Source: Candidatus Daviesbacteria bacterium (GTDB lineage Bacteria > Patescibacteriota > Microgenomatia > Daviesbacterales > UBA10151). Taken from it: a stretch of 64,000 nt of DNA. Below are positions 9,053 to 17,596 of this stretch, one piece after another (within the stretch, counting starts at the first letter, position 1; the number at the start of each line of letters is the position of its first letter). Below the pieces are notes generated by a model. That model was not told where the DNA came from, did not search any database, and saw only the letters and a list, made by a program, of their open reading frames with translations. Made by a program: the position numbers and the translations under genes. The stretch covers positions 22,285 through 86,284 of the forward strand of contig JAQUSJ010000002.1 in the NCBI GenBank assembly GCA_028715175.1, given 5' to 3'.

Positions 9053-10657
9053 CTAAATTTGATCAGGATTTAAAAAAGTTCCGTCAACACAACTTCTGTA
9101 ACCCTTTGAACTTGTACAACTTCCGCACAAACCAACTCCACATTTGGTCATAAAATCTATTGAAGAATAAATTTTTTCTGACTTGATCTTTTTACTTTCT
9201 ATTTGGATAGCTTTTTTTATCATTGGCTCAGGACCACAATTTAAACAACAATCTGCTTTAATATTTTTAATCATCCTTCCTAAATTATCAGTGACTAATC
9301 CTTTTTGACCTACTTCTCCAGACTCTGTACTCAAATACACCTCTTTACAAACATTTCTAAATTTTTCATAAACCAAATGTTTTTTATCTCTTGCTCCCAA
9401 CAATGCTACTACCTTTTTATCTCTTTTGGCGAAAAGATAAAGAGAGGCTATACCTGTTCCACCTCCAACCAGTAATGTTTTTCCAGAAATTTTTGGTGAA
9501 TTTCCATAGGGCCCTTTAATATAAATCGTATCTCCTTTTTTTAATTTTGATAATTCACAAGTGAAACATCCTCTCTTTTGTATAAGTAAGCTCATTGGTT
9601 TATCATCAAATACAGAAAACGGCTTTTCACCTTTTTCCGGCAACCAGGCAAAAATAAACTGCCCTGGTTTTATTTTTATACCAGCGTCAAATTCCAGTAA
9701 AAACAAGTCGTCCGCCAGTTTCTTATTTTCTTTCACTTTATATTTCTTATAATCCATATTGACCTTTTCTTTTAGAATCTTTGCGGCATTGTTTGTATTT
9801 TTCTCCAGGTCTTTTGACAATTCATAAAAATATTTTTTTATTTCATCTGTTCTAAGACCAGTCAACGCTGAGCCAATCCCAAAATAATTTGAGCCAGCCT
9901 CTTTGAATCTTTTAATATCTTTGGCAGTTGATATTCCGCCACAAGCAATAATCGGTAAATCTGTCATTTGACGAATTTTCTTAACGCAATTTAGCCCTAA
10001 TTCTAAAATCGCTTTGCCGGATATTCCTCCCACTTTATTGGAAAGAACTGGATAACCATCATGTAAATAAGATACCGGACCTTTGGTATTTATGGGCACA
10101 AATCCAGCAGCTCCTCCCCGTAGCGCATATTCCACAGTTTTCTCTACATCAATATTTGGTGAAATTTTAACAAGTGTTGGTTTTCCCAATGAAACCACCC
10201 TCCTTGTTACCTTTTCCACAAGCTCGTTGTCTGCGCCGACAGATTGGCCATATTTACCGGAATGAGGACAGGAAATATTCAATTCAAAACCGTCTGCGAA
10301 GCTGACTAATTTTTTAGCCACTTCAAAAAATTCATCTTCATTGCTTCCAAAAATTGAGATTAAGAGGAACTTGTCATCTGGAATTTTTACTTTTGAGAGT
10401 TTCTTAACATATTCATCTACTCCCGGATTGGTCAGACCAACAGCATTAATAAATGAAGATTGAGCGTACTGAGCAACGATTGGTTCTTTGTATCCTGCCC
10501 GAGGTATAGGACCAATACTTTTTGTAGTTAGAATCCCGATTTCCGGAATTTCATTTCCGATTTTCTCAAGTACCTCTACCTCCGTGGTAACAATTCCCGC
10601 TGGAATAGTAAAAATTCCACTAATTCTCTTTCCAAATAATTCATATTTACTTTTCAT
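9053..10657 (-). CDS. pyrD: dihydroorotate dehydrogenase (class 1B catalytic domain) fused to a PyrK-like FAD / 2Fe-2S electron-transfer domain
   Basis: The N-terminal ~300 aa is a DHOD TIM barrel ('ISCPHS', 'IIACGGIST'). The C-terminal ~230 aa looks like a ferredoxin-NADP-reductase fold ending in 'CGVGLCGSC...C', the PyrK cluster motif. Confidence 0.8.
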   Translation of the reverse strand: MKSKYELFGKRISGIFTIPAGIVTTEVEVLEKIGNEIPEIGILTTKSIGPIPRAGYKEPIVAQYAQSSFINAVGLTNPGVDEYVKKLSKVKIPDDKFLLISIFGSNEDEFFEVAKKLVSFADGFELNISCPHSGKYGQSVGADNELVEKVTRRVVSLGKPTLVKISPNIDVEKTVEYALRGGAAGFVPINTKGPVSYLHDGYPVLSNKVGGISGKAILELGLNCVKKIRQMTDLPIIACGGISTAKDIKRFKEAGSNYFGIGSALTGLRTDEIKKYFYELSKDLEKNTNNAAKILKEKVNMDYKKYKVKENKKLADDLFLLEFDAGIKIKPGQFIFAWLPEKGEKPFSVFDDKPMSLLIQKRGCFTCELSKLKKGDTIYIKGPYGNSPKISGKTLLVGGGTGIASLYLFAKRDKKVVALLGARDKKHLVYEKFRNVCKEVYLSTESGEVGQKGLVTDNLGRMIKNIKADCCLNCGPEPMIKKAIQIESKKIKSEKIYSSIDFMTKCGVGLCGSCTSSKGYRSCVDGTFLNPDQI

Positions 10658-10715
10658 AAAATTTTATAGTGATATATTAGCATATTTAAATTAACCACAG
10701 TTTCTATACCGGGAA

Positions 10716-11780
10716 TTATTTGAGTCCTCCTGTAACTTTAACTTTTGAAAGTAAATCCAAATTGTCCAGAACCTCACCACAACCTCTTACCACTGCTGTT
10801 AAAGGATCATTAGTTACATAAACAGGCAGTTTTGTTTCTTCGGCTATTTTTTTATCCAGACCGCGAAGCAACGCTCCACCCCCTGCCAAAAAAATCCCCC
10901 GCTCTACTATATCTGTTAAAAGTTCCGGCGGTGTTTCTTCTAAGATATCCTGGATCGAAGAAATAATTTGTGAAATAACCGGGGTTAGCGCTTCTCTAAT
11001 TTCAGCTGCCGAGATTTTTATGGATTTTGGCAGTCCATTCGAGAGATCCCTGCCCCGGATTACAGTTGCGCCGTCATCTTTACTATCTGTAGGATATGCG
11101 GAACCGATTTCTATTTTTGCCTCTTCAGCAGTGCGTTCACCGATCAACATTCCATAACGCACCCGCATATAATTAACAATTTCCGCATCCATTTCATCGC
11201 CTGCCACACGCAGCGATTTATTAATCACCATTCCTCCCATAGATATAACTGCTATTTCGGCAGTACCACCGCCGATATCAATAATCATTACTCCTTCCGG
11301 ATCTTCAACCGGAAGCTTACTCCCAATTGCCGCTGCCATCGGCTCTTCAATTAGATATGCTTCCCTGGCTCCGGCAGAAAGACATGCATCCTGCACTGCC
11401 CGCCTCTCAACTGGAGTTACACCGGAGGGAATACCGACCACTATTCTGGGCCTTGGAATTTTTGGCAGCGAGAAAACACCTTTCCCGGGGGTTTCGTGAA
11501 CCTTACGAATAAAAAATTTAAGCATTGCTTCAGTGGTATCAAAATCAGAAATGACTCCGCCCCGGAGTGGTCTGACTGCTTCTATGGCAGCCGGAGTTCT
11601 ACCCAGCATTCTTTTGGCTTCGGTCCCTATTGCTAAAATCTGCCTGGTTTTTTTATGAAGTGCCACCACAGTTGGTTCACGGATCAGAACTCCTTTACCT
11701 TTAACTAAAACAAGAGTGTTAACAGTTCCTAAATCTATACCAATATCATAAGATAACAGTTGCCAGATACGACCAAACAT
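10716..11780 (-). CDS. mreB: rod shape-determining actin homolog MreB
   Basis: 'IGIDLGTVNTLV', 'IDIGGGTAEIAV', actin-fold ATPase motifs. Confidence 0.9.
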   Translation of the reverse strand: MFGRIWQLLSYDIGIDLGTVNTLVLVKGKGVLIREPTVVALHKKTRQILAIGTEAKRMLGRTPAAIEAVRPLRGGVISDFDTTEAMLKFFIRKVHETPGKGVFSLPKIPRPRIVVGIPSGVTPVERRAVQDACLSAGAREAYLIEEPMAAAIGSKLPVEDPEGVMIIDIGGGTAEIAVISMGGMVINKSLRVAGDEMDAEIVNYMRVRYGMLIGERTAEEAKIEIGSAYPTDSKDDGATVIRGRDLSNGLPKSIKISAAEIREALTPVISQIISSIQDILEETPPELLTDIVERGIFLAGGGALLRGLDKKIAEETKLPVYVTNDPLTAVVRGCGEVLDNLDLLSKVKVTGGLK

Positions 11781-11830
11781 GAGAGGAGTTTAACATATTG
11801 AATCTTTGGATAACAATAATGAAAGGGTTC

Positions 11831-12394
11831 TTAAACTTTTAAGAAATTACCTACTATCAAACCAACAATTGTTGCCATTCCTCCAATAAAGAGCATCTCA
11901 ATCGCGCTCCGGAGAGCCCTGCATTTCACAATTTTGCCCTTTAAATAGCCTATTGCAAAAAGAGCAAGGAGCGCCACGGAAATACTGATAATCCTGGCAG
12001 TTTCAGGAACAAAGAATAAAAATGGTGCAATTGGGATTAAGCCCGCCGCAAGATAAGCAAAAAACATTAAAATAGCCCCTATTATTAGGTCATCCCTATG
12101 CTTACCGGATTTACCCATCTGGTGGACTGCCTTTTCTGAAGAATATTGGCCTGCAGCCATGGAGGAAGCTTCTACCGATACTGTTACAAAAGAAGCCAAA
12201 ATAATAATTGCCTGATCGGAAACACCGGCAGAAATCCCTACCACCACACCGGTGGTAGAAACCAGCCCATCCTGCAACCCGAATATCACACTTCTGAAAT
12301 AATCCTCATTCAAAGCAATTTTCATCTGTAGTAGGCTTTTGTATTTAGATATATTATACCAAGAAAATAAAAGTTTTAATTTAAAAATCCTCAA
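11831..12394 (-). CDS. VIT1/CCC1-family (DUF125) membrane protein; a start at an internal Met near 12325 is likely
   Basis: 'GLQDGLVSTTGVVVG' signature of the VIT family. Confidence 0.55.
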   Translation of the reverse strand: MRIFKLKLLFSWYNISKYKSLLQMKIALNEDYFRSVIFGLQDGLVSTTGVVVGISAGVSDQAIIILASFVTVSVEASSMAAGQYSSEKAVHQMGKSGKHRDDLIIGAILMFFAYLAAGLIPIAPFLFFVPETARIISISVALLALFAIGYLKGKIVKCRALRSAIEMLFIGGMATIVGLIVGNFLKV

Positions 12395-12434
12395 TCTTGC
12401 CCTAAAAAGTTACTTCTGTTAGCATAATCTTGAA

Positions 12435-14498
12435 ATGTTGGATAAAGTTATCTCTTATTCCTTTTATCTGCTATTTTTTCTTACCCCTCTTTTTTGGACA
12501 TCTTTCAATTACGAGCTTTTTGAATACAACAAGATGCTTTTAGTTTATGGCTTTACTGTCATTATTGTTGGTGCATGGATCCTTAAAATGATCAACGATC
12601 AACGATTAACGATCAAACACACTCCCTTGGATATTCCCCTTCTTTTATTTTTAGGTGCAAATATTCTTTCCACCATCTTTTCCATAGATCCCCACACCTC
12701 CATTTGGGGTTATTATTCAAGATCTAATGGCGGCCTCTTATCTTTAATCTCATATCTTCTATTATATTGGGCATTTGTTTCCAACATGGATTCCTCCAAA
12801 GTCAAAACCGTCCTCAAGTTTGGACTGGCTTCAGGTCTGATCATTTCTCTGTGGGCCATTTCAGAGCATTTCGGAGCATCTCCTTCTTGTCTGATTTTAC
12901 GGGGAGAGCTTAATGATGCCTGCTGGATACAAGATGTCCAAGCCCGGGTTTTTGCCAGCTTAGGTCAACCAAACTGGCTGGCAGCATATCTTGCCATGCT
13001 AATTTTCCCTACCTTATATTTTTTCTTAACCGCTTCTTCCCGCATACTACATACTACATACTACATACTACTTGTGACATATTATTTGGCTTTTACTTTT
13101 ACCTATTCCAGAGGACCAACATTAGGGCTGATCGGAGGAATGATAGTATTTTTGATTTGCTACACTTTCTGTCATCCTGAGGGAGCAAAGCGACCGAAAG
13201 ATATAATAATTAGATTCTTCGCTTCGCTCAGAATGACAAAGCTGGCGGGTGTTCTTGCGTCTTTCCTACTAATCAACCTGCTTTTTGGATCAGCCTTAAC
13301 CAGCTTCAGGCTAGTTTCCAAATTTGCAGCACCGGCAAGACCCGAGATCTCCCTTCCAACAGCTCCCTCGGGTACCCAACTGGAAAACGGTGGCACCGAA
13401 TCAGGCCAAATCAGATTTATTGTATGGCGCGGGGCTTTGGATATTTTTTTAAATTATCCAATTTTTGGTTCAGGCCTGGAAACCTTTGCCTATTCCTATT
13501 ATAAGTATCGTCCCATCGAGCATAATCTCACCTCCGAATGGGATTTCTTATACAACAAGGCTCATAATGAGTATCTTAACTATTTAGCCACTACTGGAAT
13601 TGTTGGGTTTGGAACATATCTGTTGGTTATTGGTACGTTCGTTGTATTTTGTATTAAGTATTTTGTATTAAGTATAAAAAATTACAAGATACATAATACA
13701 GGATACATACTACTTACTACCTGCTTGCTTGCAAGCTACATCTCCTACCTCGTCTACAACTTTTTCCTCTTTTCTGTAGTCATAATTGCCGTCTTTTTCT
13801 ATCTTTTCCCGGCCCTTGTCTTTGTGATCACTGAATCTACCAAACCGCTTAAGATTCCTTCTGCCTTCCATTTTCTATCTTCCATCTTCCGGACTATTTA
13901 TCATCGGCCTTTGTATACAAAAATTACTAAAGGTATCGTGGTTGTCCTTACTGTATATTTCCTATATTCCATCTTCCAGCTCTGGTGGGCAGATACCCTT
14001 TTTGCTGAAGGTCAAAGAGTCTCTGAAGCAGGCAATCCCGGCAGGGCATACAACCTGCTTTCCAGTGCTTCACAGTTAAACAAAAATGAGCCTTTCTACA
14101 AATCTGAGCTTGGTTTTGCCGCAGCTCAAGCTGCAGTAGCTTTACAAGATATAGATGCCACTCTTTCTGCAGAGTTAAAAAACGAAGCTATACTACAAAC
14201 AGAAGAAGTTTTGCGATCAAGCCCTAAAAATGTTTCATTTCTTCGTGCGGCAGTCAGAACCTATTTCGAGCTTTCCAGTTTTAATCAGACCTATGCAGAT
14301 AAAACTCTGCAAACGCTGGATTCGGCAATTAAGTTGGCTCCAACCGACCCGAAACTCTATTACAATAAAGCTCTTGTTTTGGATACAATGGGGAGAAAAG
14401 ATGAAGAGATTAGTGCTTTACAAAAGGCTATACAATTAAAACCAAATTATCTGGAGGCCTTTGCCCAGCTAAAAGAAGCAACTGCTTCGGCAAAATAG
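12435..14498 (+). CDS. O-antigen ligase-like polytopic membrane protein with C-terminal TPR repeats
   Basis: About 12 TM helices followed by TPR-like 'ALxLxP' repeats; it contains an in-frame palindromic element and two heptamer arrays (listed under repeats). Confidence 0.55.
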   Translation: MLDKVISYSFYLLFFLTPLFWTSFNYELFEYNKMLLVYGFTVIIVGAWILKMINDQRLTIKHTPLDIPLLLFLGANILSTIFSIDPHTSIWGYYSRSNGGLLSLISYLLLYWAFVSNMDSSKVKTVLKFGLASGLIISLWAISEHFGASPSCLILRGELNDACWIQDVQARVFASLGQPNWLAAYLAMLIFPTLYFFLTASSRILHTTYYILLVTYYLAFTFTYSRGPTLGLIGGMIVFLICYTFCHPEGAKRPKDIIIRFFASLRMTKLAGVLASFLLINLLFGSALTSFRLVSKFAAPARPEISLPTAPSGTQLENGGTESGQIRFIVWRGALDIFLNYPIFGSGLETFAYSYYKYRPIEHNLTSEWDFLYNKAHNEYLNYLATTGIVGFGTYLLVIGTFVVFCIKYFVLSIKNYKIHNTGYILLTTCLLASYISYLVYNFFLFSVVIIAVFFYLFPALVFVITESTKPLKIPSAFHFLSSIFRTIYHRPLYTKITKGIVVVLTVYFLYSIFQLWWADTLFAEGQRVSEAGNPGRAYNLLSSASQLNKNEPFYKSELGFAAAQAAVALQDIDATLSAELKNEAILQTEEVLRSSPKNVSFLRAAVRTYFELSSFNQTYADKTLQTLDSAIKLAPTDPKLYYNKALVLDTMGRKDEEISALQKAIQLKPNYLEAFAQLKEATASAK
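12591..12618 (+). repeat. (ATCAACG)x4 heptanucleotide tandem array inside a CDS
   Basis: 'atcaacgatcaacgattaacgatcaaac'. Confidence 0.85.
13044..13071 (+). repeat. (ATACTAC)x4 heptanucleotide tandem array inside a CDS
   Basis: 'atactacatactacatactacatactac'. Confidence 0.9.
13170..13238. repeat. ~69-bp palindromic MITE-like element (GTCATCCTGAG...CTCAGAATGACA) inserted in-frame in the O-antigen-ligase-like gene
   Basis: Arms TGTCATCCTGAG / CTCAGAATGACA; the ORF continues through it ('CHPEGAKRPKDIIIRFFASLRMTK'). Confidence 0.7.
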
Positions 14499-14607
14499 CC
14501 TTCAGCTATCAGTCATCAGTCGTCAGATAATTGCAATTTAAGTCTGAAAGCTGACAGCTGAGAGCGAAGCCGCGCCAAAGGCGGGCGAAGCGATACTGAC
14601 GACTACT
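14498..14607. repeat. heptamer-array hairpin element, copy 3, with a nested GCGAAGC-type insert (14562-14595)
   Basis: 'ccttcagctatcagtcatcagtcgtcagat' ... 'agtctgaaagctgacagctga' + insert + 'ctgacgactactATG'. Confidence 0.8.
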
Positions 14608-14871
14608 ATGAAATCGATTGCCAAAGCCATTGCTGAAACAAAATTCAAGGACCGGCCAAAAAATATCTCCCGTGAATTCCAGATGTACGGAGTTTATCTG
14701 GCTGAAAGTTTAGGAGATACTAAACATTATTCGCTTTATATCAAACTGGCAAAAGAAATAGACCGCAAAATCCTGGAAGAAGCCTTAAATTTTACCAAAG
14801 ACTATTATGGTGCCAGATCCAAAGCTAAAATCTTCATGTGGAAATTACAACAGCATGACAAACTCGTCTAA
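14608..14871 (+). CDS. hypothetical protein (87 aa)
   Basis: ORF whose ATG directly follows the hairpin-element motif ...GACGACTACT. Confidence 0.35.
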   Translation: MKSIAKAIAETKFKDRPKNISREFQMYGVYLAESLGDTKHYSLYIKLAKEIDRKILEEALNFTKDYYGARSKAKIFMWKLQQHDKLV

Positions 14872-14950
14872 ACCCTGAACGCGAACGACAAGAATCCCAA
14901 GTTCTCTGTCAAATTTGGCAAGTTGGCTTAACTCTGATAGAATTCCTGGT

Positions 14951-15541
14951 ATGGAAGTAGTTAAAGCGCCGGATGCAAAACTCCGAGTCAAAACCAAACC
15001 TGTTAAAAAAGTAGATCAAGCATTAAAAAACACCTTAAAGGAGATGATCAAGCTGACCAAAACCTTTAAAGATCCTGAGGGGGTGGGGCTGGCTGCCACC
15101 CAGATTGGCAGGAACGAAAGTTACTTTGTGGGCAGACTGCACGATTCCAAAAAATCCGCCAGCTGGCGGACTCCTTCAAAGCCTGGTCAAAGAAAAGACA
15201 GATGGGCAGGCTATGATAAGGAATTTTCTGCAATTATTAACCCTAAAATTTTATCCTATGGGAAGCACACCAGAACCTATTTTGAAGGCTGCCTGTCTAT
15301 TCCTGATGTCTGGGGACAAGTTAAAAGGTATACCAACATTAAAATTTCCTACCAAAACAGTGATGGCGAGCAAGTGACAAGAACTCTAAAAGGAATACCG
15401 GCCTGGATATTCCAGCATGAAACAGATCATCTAAATGGAATTTTATTTTCCGACAGAGTTTTGGAACAAAAAGGCAAATTTTATCGTTTTACAGGTAAAG
15501 ATAAAACAGGCACAGATTTATTTGAGGAAATAACAATATAG
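14951..15541 (+). CDS. def: peptide deformylase; start placed at the Met before 'PDAKLR', whereas the ORF-track start is 14915
   Basis: 'GVGLAATQIG', 'EGCLSIPD', 'QHETDHLNG' (the three PDF motifs); it carries an inserted segment that includes a 16-bp palindrome. Confidence 0.8.
   Translation: MEVVKAPDAKLRVKTKPVKKVDQALKNTLKEMIKLTKTFKDPEGVGLAATQIGRNESYFVGRLHDSKKSASWRTPSKPGQRKDRWAGYDKEFSAIINPKILSYGKHTRTYFEGCLSIPDVWGQVKRYTNIKISYQNSDGEQVTRTLKGIPAWIFQHETDHLNGILFSDRVLEQKGKFYRFTGKDKTGTDLFEEITI
15155..15170. repeat. 16-bp perfect palindrome TCCGCCAGCTGGCGGA in-frame in def
   Basis: Encodes 'SASWRT' within an insertion relative to canonical PDF. Confidence 0.75.
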
Positions 15542-15622
15542 CTTTCAGCTATCAGTCATCAGTCGTCAGACTGATATAATTTAAAAGTCTGAAAGCTGAT
15601 GGCTGAAGACTGACGACTATTT
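15541..15622. repeat. heptamer-array hairpin element, copy 4 (between def and fmt)
   Basis: 'gctttcagctatcagtcatcagtcgtcagac' - 'tgatataatttaaa' - 'agtctgaaagctgatggctgaagactgacgactattt' then ATG. Confidence 0.85.
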
Positions 15623-16327
15623 ATGAAAATCGCATTTCTAGGTACTCCGGATTTTGTTAAGTCAATCAGAAATGTCCTTGCCAAACACTACACTCTGGTA
15701 GATTCATTAGATGAGGCAGATCTTGGGGTAGTGGCTGCCTATGGCAGAATCCTGACAAAAGATGAATTAAATACCCCAAAATATGGCTGTATAAATATCC
15801 ATCCATCGCTTTTGCCAAAACACAGAGGCCCTTCCCCTATCCAGGAAGCCATATTAAAAGGTGATCGAATTTCCGGAATAACGGTTATCAAAATGGATGA
15901 GGAAGTGGATCATGGACCGATAATTTATCAAGAGGAAGTGGAGCTTTCTGATATGGATAATTTTGATACATTGAGTAAAAAAATGTTTCATCGGGCTAGC
16001 GAAATTCTACCCAAAATTATTGAAGATTTTATATCGGGTAAGACAAAACCAAGGTTACAGGATAACGCTCGAGCGACTCATTGTAACCGATTGACCAGAA
16101 AAAGCGGCTATTTTGATATTAATCCGCCAGCTGGCGGACCTCCACCTCCTGAGATCCTAGACAGAATGATTCGGGCATATCATCCCTGGCCGGGAGTTTG
16201 GACTAAATGGAATGGCAAAATTGTTAAATTTTATCCTGGTGGAAGAATCCAAATGGAAGGGAAAAAAGTTATATCGCTACAGGATTTTCTAAACGGCTAC
16301 CCTGATTTTCCTTTAAAGAAGCTTTAA
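15623..16327 (+). CDS. fmt: methionyl-tRNA formyltransferase (short form)
   Basis: 'INIHPSLLPKHRGPSPIQ' formyltransferase core; immediately downstream of def. Confidence 0.8.
   Translation: MKIAFLGTPDFVKSIRNVLAKHYTLVDSLDEADLGVVAAYGRILTKDELNTPKYGCINIHPSLLPKHRGPSPIQEAILKGDRISGITVIKMDEEVDHGPIIYQEEVELSDMDNFDTLSKKMFHRASEILPKIIEDFISGKTKPRLQDNARATHCNRLTRKSGYFDINPPAGGPPPPEILDRMIRAYHPWPGVWTKWNGKIVKFYPGGRIQMEGKKVISLQDFLNGYPDFPLKKL
16123..16138. repeat. 16-bp perfect palindrome TCCGCCAGCTGGCGGA in-frame in fmt
   Basis: Encodes 'NPPAGGPPPP'. Confidence 0.75.
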
Positions 16328-16525
16328 CTGCCCGCAAACACTTTGTACAATATTTTTGACCCTTAAAAGCGTGCAGATTCGGCCTTTGTACTCTTTTGTG
16401 AATTGGCGCCCTAAGAGCCCAAGTGCCTCCGGCCCCTGAAGAACCCTTTTTATGCCGGGAAAAATTTAAAATATTGTTACCTTTGTCGCAACGTGAACAT
16501 ATTGACATGTGGTAAACTATAACAC

Positions 16526-17161
16526 ATGCCTGAATTTTTTGCATTATCTATCATTATCCTGTTATTTTCAGTAATCGTACATGAAGTGATGCATGGTTTG
16601 ATAGCCTTAAAATTTGGGGACCACACAGCTGAGCGGGCCGGCAGGCTCACCTTAAACCCTCTTCCCCATATTGATCTTTTTGGAACAATTCTTTTGCCCG
16701 GGATTCTAATCCTGACCGGTTCTCCGATTCTTTTTGGCTGGGCCAAACCAGTGCCTGTAAATCCTCTAAATTTTTCTAATTTAAAAAGAGGCGAATTTTT
16801 TGTTTCAGCGGCCGGAATCCTTGCCAATTTCGGATTAGCCATTGCCGCAGCTTTGATTTATCACTTTTTAAATGCCCTTCCTCAAACTTTTCCGGCCATG
16901 ATCGGAGTACTTCTTCGCTTTACTGTTACGATAAATTTGGTCTTAGGCATTTTTAATCTATTTCCTATCCCCCCTCTGGATGGATCCAGGATACTTATGT
17001 CCCAACTGCCTTATAAATTAGCGCGGTCATATGCCAGGGTCGAACCATATGGGATTTTAATTCTTTTGATCTTAATGATGATACCTTTTGGGGGCACTTC
17101 AATCATTCAAGCGATATTGGGATTTCTGGTAGAACTTTTTTCTTCAATCCTAAGATTTTGA
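16526..17161 (+). CDS. M50-family (site-2 protease-like) membrane metallopeptidase
   Basis: 'HEVMHG' HExxH within a TM helix, and the 'LNPLPHIDLFG' motif. Confidence 0.7.
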   Translation: MPEFFALSIIILLFSVIVHEVMHGLIALKFGDHTAERAGRLTLNPLPHIDLFGTILLPGILILTGSPILFGWAKPVPVNPLNFSNLKRGEFFVSAAGILANFGLAIAAALIYHFLNALPQTFPAMIGVLLRFTVTINLVLGIFNLFPIPPLDGSRILMSQLPYKLARSYARVEPYGILILLILMMIPFGGTSIIQAILGFLVELFSSILRF

Positions 17162-17596
17162 AGCCAAGCCAGGCACATACCATCTTGACAAATTTAGCTT
17201 TTAATACTACTATTAAATTATCCTAAAAGGACATTTAGTAGATGGCCTGAAGGACTGCCCAAAAGGCATCCCTACCTAGCACGTTTAAAGCCAATATATT
17301 TTTCTTCACTGATTTGATACTTTACGGGAGTTCAAAGTGTGCTCCATAGCCTTGTGCGACGGACACCAGAACACCCACCTTAGATTTTCTGAGGAGAAAA
17401 TTTGGCTGACGACTATAGTAGGGAGAAATTATTTTTGAGCATTAGCGAAAAAATAGTCTTCCGAAAGAAGTATATTTTTTTGTTTTGGACAAATTTCGAC
17501 ATACCTCTATTCGCAGATTCAATAATTCTGCGAATTTGTTCATTCTACCTTTCATCTCGTAATCAATATAAAAAATCGCTATAATATACTCGCATG

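Noticed and set aside
16269-16842. ORFs 16269-16544(-) and 16477-16842(-)
   Set aside because: They are antisense to the fmt 3' end and the M50 peptidase gene, with Arg/Lys-rich junk sequence. Spurious.
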